Program-made: the position numbers and the translations under genes
Source: Bacteroidales bacterium
GTDB lineage: Bacteria; Bacteroidota; Bacteroidia; Bacteroidales; NBLH01
Length of the DNA stretch: 64,000 nt
NCBI GenBank assembly: GCA_016937695.1
Contig: JAFGWC010000069.1
Coordinates: 13,244-77,243, forward strand
Direction of reading: 5' to 3'
Notes under the pieces: model-generated
The model's input: the letters and a program-made list of their open reading frames with translations, nothing else
Told to the model about the DNA's origin: nothing
Databases searched by the model: none
Part shown: positions 1 to 10,373 of the stretch, in pieces
Numbering within the stretch: position 1 is the stretch's first letter
Layout of the letters: each line of letters begins with the position of its first letter

Positions 1-95
1 ACATTGCATTCTTCATGAGAAAAATAAAATAAAACAGCATCGTGTTTTTCTATTGCATTTTCGTAATACTCTAATGATTCAATTGTATTTATCAT
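1..95 (-). CDS. thioredoxin-fold protein, N-terminal fragment (gene runs off the left edge)
   Basis: Manual reverse translation from the ATG at 95..93 gives MINTIESLEYYENAIEKHDAVLFYFSHEECNV, open to the window edge. The ...YFSxxxCxV pattern resembles the approach to a thioredoxin-type CxxC site, but the second Cys would lie outside the window. Confidence 0.35.
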   Translation of the reverse strand, partial: MINTIESLEYYENAIEKHDAVLFYFSHEECN

Positions 96-164
96 ATTAA
101 TTAAATATTATTAAAAAACGGCTGTAAAAATAGTACATTTTTAAAATTATGCAATATTCTTAAA

Positions 165-530
165 TTAAAATAAATCTGAATTTAACATAACTAAAGAGCA
201 GTTTTGAACAACTTTAATGTTTTTTGTTTCTAATATTTTATAAAACTCAGGATTTTCCGTTCCCGGATTAAAAATTACTCTTTTCGGATTTAATGAAATA
301 ATATAGTTGTAATATTCTGATTGTCTGTCTGTTCCAACATAAATTGTAACTGTATGAACATCTTTTATTTCGGGAAATCCTTTTATTATTTCAATATTGT
401 TTATGCTTCCGTTTCTTATTCCAATTGGCACAACAGGATGAGAGTATAATGATAATAATTTTACTGCTTTGTACGAATATCTGTTTTCATTTGGACTTGC
501 TCCAATAACAACAGTTTTTTTAATTTCCAT
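165..530 (-). CDS. CoA-binding domain protein (YccU/CoA_binding_2-like)
   Basis: 121-aa ORF. It has an N-terminal KTVVIGASPNENRYSYKAV Rossmann-like signature and the size typical of small CoA-binding proteins. Confidence 0.7.
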   Translation of the reverse strand: MEIKKTVVIGASPNENRYSYKAVKLLSLYSHPVVPIGIRNGSINNIEIIKGFPEIKDVHTVTIYVGTDRQSEYYNYIISLNPKRVIFNPGTENPEFYKILETKNIKVVQNCSLVMLNSDLF

Positions 531-533
531 AAA

Positions 534-1013
534 TTATATTTTTTGAATAAGAACAACAGCATAAGCCGAAACACCTTCTTCTCTTCCAACAAAACCAAGC
601 TTTTCGGTAGTTGTGGCTTTTATTGAAATGTCATCTTCATCAATATTCATCGCTGATGAAAGATTTTTTTGCATTTCGGGAATAAAGTGCTTAATTTTAG
701 GCGTTTGCAATGCAATTGTACAGTCGATATTGTTTATAGAATAGCCTTTTTCTTTAATTAAGTCTATTGTCTTTTTTAAAAGAATTTTACTGTCAATGTT
801 TTTAAAATCATCAGAATTATCAGGAAAATGAAAACCAATATCTCTTAAATTTGCTGCTCCAAGTAGAGCATCGCATATTGCATGAATTAATACATCGCCG
901 TCAGAATGCGCTACTGTTCCTTTGTAATGTTTAATTTTATTGCCGCCAAGTATTAATTCTTCGCCTTGCTGTAGTATATGAACATCATATCCAAAACCAA
1001 CTCTTAATTTCAT
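534..1013 (-). CDS. ispF: 2-C-methyl-D-erythritol 2,4-cyclodiphosphate synthase
   Basis: Motifs VGFGYDVH, HSDGDVLIHAICDALLGA and ATTTEKLGFVGREEG are present. The start is moved to the internal ATG (MKLRVGFGYD) at 1013; the 13-codon upstream extension looks spurious. Confidence 0.9.
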   Translation of the reverse strand: MKLRVGFGYDVHILQQGEELILGGNKIKHYKGTVAHSDGDVLIHAICDALLGAANLRDIGFHFPDNSDDFKNIDSKILLKKTIDLIKEKGYSINNIDCTIALQTPKIKHFIPEMQKNLSSAMNIDEDDISIKATTTEKLGFVGREEGVSAYAVVLIQKI

Positions 1014-1080
1014 TTGTAATATGTTTATAATAAACAATTTACACACAGACATCTAGTTTATGTCTGTGCGTAAAAATTCA

Positions 1081-2295
1081 TTATTTGTCTTTAATTTCAG
1101 AATTATTTTCTGATGAAACTTTTTTGAGAGCTTTAAAATTAAATAATAATGAAAATCTTAAAGTATTTTCTAATGGATTACGCTGTTGAACAGGTAATAA
1201 ATAAGCAAAATCAAGTTGGAATACATTTAATTTTAATCCTAATCCAACAGTAGCATATTTTCTGTTTCCTTTTGTTTCATGTTCATGAAAATAGCCTGTT
1301 CTTAATGCAAATTTCTTGTCATACCAATATTCAAGGCCGAAAGAATATGTTAGTTCTCTAAGCTCTTCCTGTGTTCCGCCTGGCGCATCATAAAAAGATT
1401 GCCACATACCAGCAGGCACTGAAACATCAGGATCCATTCCATCTACAATATTTTCAGGCGCTGTTCCTTCTCCATCGTAAACAGGAGGTGTTGGAATTAA
1501 AAGTTTATTAATATCCATACTGTATGTTAATGCGTTATATTGGTCAAATTCATACGTTAATGCTCCACCTAATCTTAAGTTTGTTGGTAAAAAGTTCGAT
1601 TCTGAATCATCAGTATAAGAAATTTTATTTCCAATATTTGAAATATTAATACCAAAAGACATATTGCTGTTATTACCTGCAATTTTAATTGCTTTTGTAT
1701 AGTATAAGGAAATATCTCCTGCTACAGCATTTCCCGGATGTGTTTCAACATTTCCTGATTGAATTCCACCTGTTAAATTGGAGTAAATATATTTTAACGC
1801 AATACCACCTGATAAATTTTTCGAGAAAAGCATTGAATAAGAGGCGCTTAGAGAAAATTCGTTTGGTCTAAAATCTCTTAAAGTTGTTCCACTTATGTCA
1901 GTAAAAGTAATATTCCCTAAAGAAAAATACCTTAAACTTAAGCCTAATACTTGTCCGTTTTTTAGTTTCTTAAATCCGGATAAATATGATAAACTTATAT
2001 CGTCAATTAAAGCTCTTAGCCATGGTGTGTAAGACAATGAAGCTCCATAATCTTCATCAATAAATGATAGTTTTGCGGCATTCCAATGTAAAGAAGCAGC
2101 ATCAGGGCTTGTTGCAACTCCAGCATCACCCATTCCACCGGCTCTGGAGTCGGGTGTTATCATTAAAAAAGGTACTGCTGAAGTTATTGTATTTACTTCG
2201 CCGCTTAATTCGCCTGTTGTAATTTGACTTTTTAAATTTAAAGAAGGGATTATCAATAAAATAAAAAATGAGAATCTAATTAGTGCTTTTTTCAT
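1081..2295 (-). CDS. porV: type IX secretion system outer-membrane channel protein PorV (LptO)
   Basis: Signal peptide MKKALIRFSFFILLIIPSLNLKSQ, followed by the characteristic PorV N-terminus ...AVPFLMITPDSRAGGMGDAGVATSPDAASLHWNAAKL and a beta-barrel-like C-terminus ending in F. The start is taken at the ATG at 2295 (checked in sequence). Confidence 0.85.
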   Translation of the reverse strand: MKKALIRFSFFILLIIPSLNLKSQITTGELSGEVNTITSAVPFLMITPDSRAGGMGDAGVATSPDAASLHWNAAKLSFIDEDYGASLSYTPWLRALIDDISLSYLSGFKKLKNGQVLGLSLRYFSLGNITFTDISGTTLRDFRPNEFSLSASYSMLFSKNLSGGIALKYIYSNLTGGIQSGNVETHPGNAVAGDISLYYTKAIKIAGNNSNMSFGINISNIGNKISYTDDSESNFLPTNLRLGGALTYEFDQYNALTYSMDINKLLIPTPPVYDGEGTAPENIVDGMDPDVSVPAGMWQSFYDAPGGTQEELRELTYSFGLEYWYDKKFALRTGYFHEHETKGNRKYATVGLGLKLNVFQLDFAYLLPVQQRNPLENTLRFSLLFNFKALKKVSSENNSEIKDK

Positions 2296-2514
2296 TTGTA
2301 AATTATTTGTTACTTTTTGTATAGTTAGTCGTTTAGTTATTCTTTTTAAAAAGAAAGAAATATTATTCAAATTTGTGCAAATATTTTTCTTTTATTTATT
2401 GCAAATATATTAATAATACAAAACGTAGGAAATTTATATTTATTATAGTCTTAAAAATGATATAAATTTTTAAATTCGTCCTTAATTTTTAAGTAGTAAT
2501 TAAATATTTATTTT

Positions 2515-3687
2515 GTGACTAAGCTGTTAATAGACAGACGATTATATGTAGTATTTGGAATAACACTTATTGCAGTAATGGGTGTTGCAAGTTTATCTCC
2601 TGCATTTCCTAAAATTGCTAAAAGCCTTGGATTAAATGAAACTCAAGTAGGTTTGCTGATAAGTATTTTTACTTTGCCCGGAATTTTTCTATCGCCTGTT
2701 GCCGGAATTTTAGCTGATAGATTTGGACGAAAAATAGTTTTAGTGCCATCTTTATTTTTATTTGCAATTTCAGGTTTTGCATGTTTTTTTACTAGAGATT
2801 TTCATGTTATTTTAATTTTAAGATTTTTTCAAGGAGTTGGTGCAGCATCTATTGGTTCTTTAAATATAACTTTAGTTGGCGATTTTTTTAAAGGAAAAGA
2901 TCGCCCGGCTGCAATGGGATATAATGCAAGTGTATTAAGCTTATCTACAGCTTTTTATCCTTTAATTGGAGGTTTACTCGCCGGATTTGCTTGGTATTAT
3001 CCATTTATTTTGCCTTTGCTTTCAATACCAATTGGTTTATTTGTGATTTTTGGCATTGATGAACCTGAGTTTAATAGAAGTGAAAATTTTTATGCTTACC
3101 TTAAATCTGCTTGGACAAGTATTATTCGTAAAGAAGTTATTAGTATTTTCATCTTAAGCATTTTAACTTTTATAATACTTTATGGTGCTTTTTTAACATA
3201 TATTCCTTTTTTATTAAATCAAAAATTTGGTTTATCAGCGCCTAAAATTGGTGCTTTTTTATCATTAAGCTCATTTTCTACAGCTATAATGGCCACACAA
3301 GTTGGTAAACTTACTGTCCGTTTTGGTAGTGTTAATATGTTAAAAGCTGCTTTTCTGTTATATTTTACAGTTTCAGTATTGATTCCTAACATTGACAATT
3401 TGTATTTATTGATTTTTCCTGTTTTGCTCTTTGGAGTTGCTCAGGCTTTAAATATTCCAAGTTTACAAACATTATTAACAAACTTAGCACCTGATGAACA
3501 AAGAGCGGTTTTTATGTCAACTAATGGAATGGTATTGAGAATAGGACAGACTTTGGGTCCACCAATAATTGCAATAGGTTATGCAGTTCTTAAAATTGAA
3601 GGTGTTTATTACCTTTCAGCGATTGTTGCATTAAGTGGATTGGCTATAATTTTTAGTTTGCTTGGTAATATAAAAAAGAGTTTATAA
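2515..3687 (+). CDS. MFS transporter
   Basis: 390 aa with about 12 hydrophobic segments and the MFS loop 2-3 motif GILADRFGRK. GTG start. It lies antisense between porU and porV. Confidence 0.8.
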   Translation: MTKLLIDRRLYVVFGITLIAVMGVASLSPAFPKIAKSLGLNETQVGLLISIFTLPGIFLSPVAGILADRFGRKIVLVPSLFLFAISGFACFFTRDFHVILILRFFQGVGAASIGSLNITLVGDFFKGKDRPAAMGYNASVLSLSTAFYPLIGGLLAGFAWYYPFILPLLSIPIGLFVIFGIDEPEFNRSENFYAYLKSAWTSIIRKEVISIFILSILTFIILYGAFLTYIPFLLNQKFGLSAPKIGAFLSLSSFSTAIMATQVGKLTVRFGSVNMLKAAFLLYFTVSVLIPNIDNLYLLIFPVLLFGVAQALNIPSLQTLLTNLAPDEQRAVFMSTNGMVLRIGQTLGPPIIAIGYAVLKIEGVYYLSAIVALSGLAIIFSLLGNIKKSL

Positions 3688-6600
3688 TTTAAGCAGTTTT
3701 TCAAAAACATTTGTTCTTTCACCTGATTGTGTTCTAACACTCAATTTGTAAAAATAAACTCCTCGTCCAATATTATTGCCAAAATCATCTTTCGAGTCCC
3801 ATGTAATTGCATTTGATCTAAATCCAGAATATAAAGCATTGGTTTTTATAGTTTTAACAAGTTTTCCAGACACACTAAATACTTGAATTAATATTTCAAG
3901 CAATTCATTTGGTCTGTTGTGCTCAAAGAAAAAAGAAGTGTTAGTTGAAAATGGATTAGGGTAATTTAAAACGTGTTTTATTTTAAAGTTTTCATTTTCA
4001 GTAACTATAAATATTATTGAATCTTGAGCAGAATTATTATAAACATCCCACGCTTTTATTTTTAATTTATGTTCTCCTGTTTCTAAATCAGAAAAATTAT
4101 AATTTACGGTTCCACTTGTATAATCGTCAATATTTGATTCATAATAATCATTCAAAATAAATTGTTTTTGTATATCATCATCAATCGTAGCAACAATATC
4201 ATGGCCAATCCCGTTTCCGGTTGTATTAATACCACTTTCATCTTTTAAAAACAAAAGTAAAGCCGGATTATCATTTGTAATCCCACCCGAAACAAAGCTT
4301 TCATCGTTAAAATATATTTCCATTTCAGGACCTTTTTCATCAGTAATAGCATTGTCTGAGCTTCCTCCAATTAAAATGTTCTTGTCATAACCTTTTGCAT
4401 CTTTCAATAATAGATTATTTGATGCGTAATAGCTTATTTTTCCTGTATCTACATTATATCTAATGTCTTTTGGTACAATAAAACTAAATTGAAATTCCCC
4501 ATTTATTACACTTGCTTTTCCTTTAAAAATAATATTGTTTTGGACTGTGAAATCAAAAACTCCATCTGTTTCGTTGTCATTATTTAAAGTTTTAACATTT
4601 TTTTCTTTATCGTAAACGCTAGGGTAAACAATTCCATTGTAATTCGAAATTTTTTGATTGTTGTAATCTCTAATTTCGCCTTTAATTGTTACTTTTTCGT
4701 ATGCTTTTAGTGTGTCTGCTATAATTCCTGTTTCAATACCATTTACTGATGTAGTAACAATATTATTGTAAGCATAGCTTAAGGAAATTGCAGGATCACC
4801 AAGCAAAGTGAAATTTCTTTTGTTTGTTCCGGTTCCTGTTGCCACTTTTGTTAGTCTAACAACATCACCCAATCTGTATCTTTTATTAGTTGTTAAATTA
4901 TTTTCAAAAATAAAAGAGTAAAAATTTTTGTTTAAATCGAAATTCGGATCTGATAAAACAAGTCTTGTTGTTGTAAATAAGGCAATTGCACCTCCAGTTG
5001 GATTTAAAAACACTTGTTCGCCGGCTGAAGTATGTTCGTAATTATCAAATCTGCTGAATTCGCAAGTTGCTGTTATAAAAATTGGCAGTTTATATTTATT
5101 TTCCCATTTTGTGATTTGGTCGATTGTAATTATTCTTTCTTCGGCTAAACCGTTTTCGCCTCCATGTCCTGTATAATTAAAAATTAATAATCCTTTTGCT
5201 AATAAATTATTAATTGACTGATTTACATCAGGATACCTTTGTCCTACGGATGTGCTTTCTTGTTTGTAAGCGTCAATATATACTTTTTCTATATTAAAAA
5301 CAGGATAATTATTTCTAACAATTCTTGTCAATTCGTCGGCCTGTTCTATATGCTTTTTATCATCTTCATCATCAGCAATAAAACACAGTTGGTTTCGCCA
5401 ATTACTGTATGATTCAATGCTAATGTAATTTTGTATTTTATTTACTGCATTTTGAGCTTGTTCTGCACTTGATACGGGAAGCCTTCCGATTCCTATGTCT
5501 AAAAATCCGTCAGAATCACCTTCATCGTCATCTAATAAACCAAAAAAGTCATCAGTAACAAAGCTTGCAATCGGGTGTAATGAACTCTCTGATTGATAGG
5601 TTAATATGAAATTAGTGTTTGCATTATTAATGTGTTTATTGTCGTACGAACCATCACCAAACAGCAATAAATATTTAGGCATTTCTTCTTCTGTATTTGC
5701 CCTGTCGTAAAACATTTTCATTAAGTCTCTTATGGCAGAAACATCAGGTGCACCTGATGAAAATTCATTGTAAATTTGCTCTGTTGTAGCTAATGTAACA
5801 TTAAGATTATCAGTTGTTTCGTGCAAAGATTTTAGTTGTGAAGCATATTGGATAAATTCAGCCGGACAAACAATAAGCATATCTGTTTGCAAAATTCCAT
5901 GTAAGTTTTGATTTTGGATAATTCCGACATCTTCCCCGTTAAAAATAGGACTTAAATATGAACTTCCATCAAATGCAATAAACTCCCGAAGCTCATTTGT
6001 TTCTAGCTTAAATATTTGATTATTACCTGATTGTGTGCTTAAAACTTTTTTAGCTTGTTGAGGATTTGTAATATCCCAAATTTTTACTGTTGAAGGCGCA
6101 TTTGACAATGTAAATTCAGTAATATTTGAACTTCCAACTGTTTCAACGTTTCTAAAAGCCATTTGCGAGCCGTACATTGATAAACTACGTTTGCAATTTA
6201 CGATAAAATAATCCAGCCATGCTTCAGAAGACGATGTGCTTTTATTGTATGTGAGTTTAGTATTTATACTGTTGCCACCAGAATTTGTATAAGTGAATGT
6301 TTCATGTTTTTGATTAGCATAATAATCTTCATTATTATAACTTGTTGAGCTAAATGCAGAGCTGAAAGTATTAGTGCCTGATTGGATTATAAATGAACTT
6401 GATAAAGGAGATCTTGTTAATAATGAAGTGATTACTGTTGTTGTACTGCTTGGAATAATATTTGGAAAATCAAAATTATATTCATATTCTGTTTGAAAAT
6501 CAAAATGTTCACCAACCCATAATCTCCCTGATTGTATTAAATTTAAAGAGTCAATTTCATGGAAATTATAATCCGTAAAACTATTTGCATTATGTGTTTT

Positions 6601-7482
6601 TGTTAAACTCGATTGCGAAATTGATTGAATCAAATTGTTTGTTTGTGAGTTGTAATCTGAGCTCAAAAAATAGTAAGAATAGTCTGAATATAAATGTTTT
6701 TTTTGAATAAAAGTATTTGTGTTTGTGTCAAATTCCCATTGAATAGGTCCATCTCCATAAAAAAATATCGAATTGTTTTCAATTAATATGTGATTTTCAA
6801 TTAAATCATCCATTCGTGGGTCCGAGTTTTGATATGAAAGCATTGAACCTCCATTTCCGAAAATTCTAACATTCTCCGGATTATTAATTCCTAAGTTAGT
6901 AAGTTCATCAAACGTTATTTTATAAATGCCGCTTTCCTTAATTTTTATTTTAACCCATTTCCCTGATTTCAAAACAGAATTTATAGAGTAAGATTTTATA
7001 GTGGATTTTTGTGTTTTAGACATGTTTTTTTCATTTATTACAATGTCAAAACTGCTTATTTTCATATATTTGCCAGTTTTGCTTTTTATTATAGGAACAA
7101 ATGAAACTGAAAGTTTTAAGTTTTTTCTTTCTGAAAAAACTTTTGAATAAACATTAATTTTATTAGATACCTTATTCAAATCTATTATATCTCTCAAATC
7201 AAGTTCAGAAAAATTTTCATATTTAATGTTTTCAATTGAGACATCAATATTGTTTGAATAAACATTTATATTTTCGAAATATTTGGGTAAATAACTGCTT
7301 TTAAAGTCATAAACTGCCGATTTAAAATTTAAAACATATTTTTTACTGTCCTGGTTTCCTTTTTTTATGGTATTTAAAGATATTTTTTTTGTCCATGTAA
7401 TTTTTCTGTTAAAGCTGATGTTTTGGCTAAATACAGCAGTATTAATTAATAATAGTAATATCGTTATATTTTTTTTTGACAC
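3682..7482 (-). CDS. porU: type IX secretion system sortase PorU (C25 peptidase-like C-terminal signal peptidase)
   Basis: 1266 aa with a signal peptide. The gingipain/C25-like region has YLLLFGDGSYD, a NYTGHGGENG (His) and a FITATCEF (Cys) dyad. The C-terminal T9SS sorting domain reads ...NYPNPFSTNTSFFFEH...GVYFYKL. GTG start. Confidence 0.85.
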   Translation of the reverse strand: MSKKNITILLLLINTAVFSQNISFNRKITWTKKISLNTIKKGNQDSKKYVLNFKSAVYDFKSSYLPKYFENINVYSNNIDVSIENIKYENFSELDLRDIIDLNKVSNKINVYSKVFSERKNLKLSVSFVPIIKSKTGKYMKISSFDIVINEKNMSKTQKSTIKSYSINSVLKSGKWVKIKIKESGIYKITFDELTNLGINNPENVRIFGNGGSMLSYQNSDPRMDDLIENHILIENNSIFFYGDGPIQWEFDTNTNTFIQKKHLYSDYSYYFLSSDYNSQTNNLIQSISQSSLTKTHNANSFTDYNFHEIDSLNLIQSGRLWVGEHFDFQTEYEYNFDFPNIIPSSTTTVITSLLTRSPLSSSFIIQSGTNTFSSAFSSTSYNNEDYYANQKHETFTYTNSGGNSINTKLTYNKSTSSSEAWLDYFIVNCKRSLSMYGSQMAFRNVETVGSSNITEFTLSNAPSTVKIWDITNPQQAKKVLSTQSGNNQIFKLETNELREFIAFDGSSYLSPIFNGEDVGIIQNQNLHGILQTDMLIVCPAEFIQYASQLKSLHETTDNLNVTLATTEQIYNEFSSGAPDVSAIRDLMKMFYDRANTEEEMPKYLLLFGDGSYDNKHINNANTNFILTYQSESSLHPIASFVTDDFFGLLDDDEGDSDGFLDIGIGRLPVSSAEQAQNAVNKIQNYISIESYSNWRNQLCFIADDEDDKKHIEQADELTRIVRNNYPVFNIEKVYIDAYKQESTSVGQRYPDVNQSINNLLAKGLLIFNYTGHGGENGLAEERIITIDQITKWENKYKLPIFITATCEFSRFDNYEHTSAGEQVFLNPTGGAIALFTTTRLVLSDPNFDLNKNFYSFIFENNLTTNKRYRLGDVVRLTKVATGTGTNKRNFTLLGDPAISLSYAYNNIVTTSVNGIETGIIADTLKAYEKVTIKGEIRDYNNQKISNYNGIVYPSVYDKEKNVKTLNNDNETDGVFDFTVQNNIIFKGKASVINGEFQFSFIVPKDIRYNVDTGKISYYASNNLLLKDAKGYDKNILIGGSSDNAITDEKGPEMEIYFNDESFVSGGITNDNPALLLFLKDESGINTTGNGIGHDIVATIDDDIQKQFILNDYYESNIDDYTSGTVNYNFSDLETGEHKLKIKAWDVYNNSAQDSIIFIVTENENFKIKHVLNYPNPFSTNTSFFFEHNRPNELLEILIQVFSVSGKLVKTIKTNALYSGFRSNAITWDSKDDFGNNIGRGVYFYKLSVRTQSGERTNVFEKLLKL

Positions 7483-7642
7483 GTTATATCTTCTGTTATA
7501 AGGTTATTAATAAAATTTAAAATATAAAGTATAAATTTAAAAGCATTTTTACATTTTAAAATTAATTATACAATATAAATATTTAATTTTGTACGTTATT
7601 TGTAAAATAATAGTTCAAAATTATAGATAATTGATTTTAAAA

Positions 7643-8629
7643 ATGACTAATTTAAAAAAAATATTAGCGAATATTGTTTTAATATTATTTTTTCTTGTAA
7701 CGAAAAATGCTTTAAAGGCGCAAGATGTGCAATTTTCTCAATTATTTGCAGACAAAATGTATCTTAACCCGGCATTTGCTGGTTCAGAATATTGTCCTAA
7801 TTTAATGTTAAGTCATAGAAATCAATGGCCTACAATACAATTTCCATTTTTAACATACAGCGTTGCTTACGATCAATATTCTGAATTAATGCATGGAGGA
7901 ATTGGCTTTCGACTGATGAAAGATGATCAGGGCGGAGGTGTTTTTAGTAAATTAAATGCTGATTTAATTTATTCGAATAAAATTAATCTTAGTCCAAATA
8001 TGTCATTAAAATTGGCTTTGGAAGCATCTGTTTATCAGCAAAACACCAATAGTTCAGGTCTAATATTTTCAGACATGATTGACCCATTATTAGGAGTGGT
8101 TTATCCTAATTCAGAAGTTATTAACAATCAGGCAATTTTTACGCCTGATTTTTCATCAGCATTACTTTTTTCATATAAGAATTATAGTATCGGGTTCATA
8201 GCAAGTCATATTCCACAATCTTTAGTTGCTGAACATAATGATATTTTACCTTTAAAATTTACTTCTCATATCTCAGCTGCTATTCCAATATTTCAAGGAG
8301 ATTTAAAAAAAACTACCTTTATTCTTGAGCCTAATATAGTTTATATTCAACAACTTAATGCTACTCAATTGTATTATGGCATGTATTTTGACATTAATAA
8401 TATAGCAATTGGTATGTTTTATCGACAAAATTTAAAATTTCATTTTGATGCTTTAATTGCATCATTTCATTTTAGTATAAAACAACTAAAAATTGGATAT
8501 AGCTATGATGTTACGCTGTCAAGTTTTTATAAGCAAACACTAGGTTCACATGAGATTTCATTTACATATTTATTCAACTGTGATAAAAAAATTAAGAACT
8601 ATAAAACAATAAGTTGTCCATCTTTTTAG
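7643..8629 (+). CDS. PorP/SprF-family type IX secretion system membrane protein
   Basis: A signal peptide is followed by QDVQFSQLFADKMYLNPAFAGS, the hallmark N-terminus of the PorP/SprF family. About 330 aa, with beta-barrel-like alternating hydrophobicity. The start is taken at the ATG at 7643. Confidence 0.8.
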   Translation: MTNLKKILANIVLILFFLVTKNALKAQDVQFSQLFADKMYLNPAFAGSEYCPNLMLSHRNQWPTIQFPFLTYSVAYDQYSELMHGGIGFRLMKDDQGGGVFSKLNADLIYSNKINLSPNMSLKLALEASVYQQNTNSSGLIFSDMIDPLLGVVYPNSEVINNQAIFTPDFSSALLFSYKNYSIGFIASHIPQSLVAEHNDILPLKFTSHISAAIPIFQGDLKKTTFILEPNIVYIQQLNATQLYYGMYFDINNIAIGMFYRQNLKFHFDALIASFHFSIKQLKIGYSYDVTLSSFYKQTLGSHEISFTYLFNCDKKIKNYKTISCPSF

Positions 8630-8835
8630 TTATATTTGCATATAAAATATATATTTGCTTTTTAGATATTATTTTTTGAAATAAAATATTTAATTTTGAC
8701 ATATAAAACATCTTTAATTTTGATAAACAAACAAAAGTATGCAAAAAGCATAATCGTTAAATAATCAGATATTTGTGAGTTTATAAAAATATTGGATATT
8801 TAAATGGTAATACGAAATAATTTAAAAATAGACAT

Positions 8836-10350
8836 ATGAAATTTAAATCAGTTGTGCTTTTATCAAGTTTATTTAGTGCACTTGTATTATTGCCTTCGTG
8901 TTTTTTAACAGGCGGAAGTTCCAAAGGAGTAGGTGCAGAGTCATCAACAACAGGATGGTCATATAACGATGAAGATATGGGCCGTTTTGAGGTTATGGAC
9001 TATGTTGAACAACAAAATGGTCCAGGTTTAGTTTTAATAGAAGGTGGTACTTATATTATGGGAAGAACTTCTCAAGACGTTATTTACGATTGGAATAATA
9101 TGCCAAGAAGAGTTACAGTTGCTTCTTTTTATATGGACGAAACTGAAGTCAGAAATGTTGATTATAGAGAATATCTTCATTGGATAAGAATGGTTTATGT
9201 AAGTTATCCTCAAGTTTTTATACAAGCATTACCAGATACTTTAGTTTGGCGTAAAAGACTTGCATATAACGAGCCATATGTTGAATATTATTTCAGACAC
9301 CCTGCTTATCATACATATCCTGTTGTTGGCGTAAGCTGGTTACAGGCAACTGATTATTGTGCATGGAGAACTGATAGAGTTAATGAAAGACAACTTATTG
9401 ATGAAGGTATTTTAGATATGAATCCTAATCAAGTAGATGAGGATAATTTTAATACAGAATCATATCTTGCAGGACAATATGAAAGTGGTGTACTAAAAAA
9501 TTTACCAACATTAGATGGTGGTGAAAGACATGCTACAATGGAAGATGGAATTTTATTTCCTAAATATCGTTTGCCGACTGAGGCAGAGTGGGAGTATGCA
9601 GCTTTAGGATTAATAGGTAATTCTCAAGGCTCACCTGAAAGAATTTATAATAGAAAAATTTTCCCATGGAATGGCCATTATGTTCGTAATGATACAAAGC
9701 AAAGCAGAGGCCAATTTAGAGGAAACTTCCAAAGAGGAAGAGGAGATATGATGGGTGTTGCAGGCGCATTAAATGATAACGCTTCAATACCAGCACCTGT
9801 TGATGCTTATTGGCCAAATGATTATGGATTGTATTGTATGGCTGGGAATGTAAATGAATGGTGCTTAGATGTTTATAGGGCAATGTCATCTATAGATGTT
9901 GAGGAGTTTAGGCCTTTTAGAGGTAACGTTTTTAAAACTATTGTTAGAGATGAAGATGGAGTAGTTGCCGATAAAGATTCTCTGGGAAGAATTAAATATA
10001 GAGAAATGACTTATGAAGAAAGTGTTTCCAGAGTTAACTATAAAAAAGCCAATAATATAAATTACAGAGATGGTGATGTTGAATCAAGTATTGTAGAAGG
10101 TGGAGCTTGGTTAGATGAGTCTGATACTCAAAGTTCAGAAAGAATGTACAATCAAGGTACTGGAGATAAAGGTAAAGGCATGACAACTTTAATTAGTGAC
10201 AGAGCCAGAGTTTACAAAGGTGGTGGCTGGAACGACAGAATGTATTGGCTAAGTCCGGGAACAAGAAGATTTTTAGACGAAAGAAAATCAAGAGAAAATA
10301 TTGGTTTCCGTTGTGCAATGACTCGTGTTGGTAGTCCAGGAGGGTTTTAA
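8836..10350 (+). CDS. gldJ: gliding motility lipoprotein GldJ (FGE/SUMF1-fold)
   Basis: Lipobox LLPSC. The FGE-sulfatase-like repeats include GGTYIMGR, YPVVGVSWLQATDYCAWR, RLPTEAEWEYAA, GNVNEWC and GFRCA. It lies directly upstream of murF. Confidence 0.8.
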   Translation: MKFKSVVLLSSLFSALVLLPSCFLTGGSSKGVGAESSTTGWSYNDEDMGRFEVMDYVEQQNGPGLVLIEGGTYIMGRTSQDVIYDWNNMPRRVTVASFYMDETEVRNVDYREYLHWIRMVYVSYPQVFIQALPDTLVWRKRLAYNEPYVEYYFRHPAYHTYPVVGVSWLQATDYCAWRTDRVNERQLIDEGILDMNPNQVDEDNFNTESYLAGQYESGVLKNLPTLDGGERHATMEDGILFPKYRLPTEAEWEYAALGLIGNSQGSPERIYNRKIFPWNGHYVRNDTKQSRGQFRGNFQRGRGDMMGVAGALNDNASIPAPVDAYWPNDYGLYCMAGNVNEWCLDVYRAMSSIDVEEFRPFRGNVFKTIVRDEDGVVADKDSLGRIKYREMTYEESVSRVNYKKANNINYRDGDVESSIVEGGAWLDESDTQSSERMYNQGTGDKGKGMTTLISDRARVYKGGGWNDRMYWLSPGTRRFLDERKSRENIGFRCAMTRVGSPGGF

Positions 10351-10373
10351 AATCATAAAAATTATTATATTGC

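Noticed and set aside
2296-2370. Upstream in-frame extensions given by the ORF track: porV to 2370, ispF to 1052, crcB from 49575, surA from 39071, hydE from 40675, murF from 10526, porP from 7631.
   Set aside because: In each case an internal ATG begins a canonical signal peptide or conserved N-terminus. The extensions use TTG or rare starts, or add non-conserved AT-rich codons.
8836-10350. Annotating the FGE/SUMF1-fold protein as a sulfatase-maturing formylglycine-generating enzyme.
   Set aside because: The lipobox, the duplicated FGE-like architecture, the length, the position upstream of murF and the neighbouring T9SS genes all fit GldJ instead.
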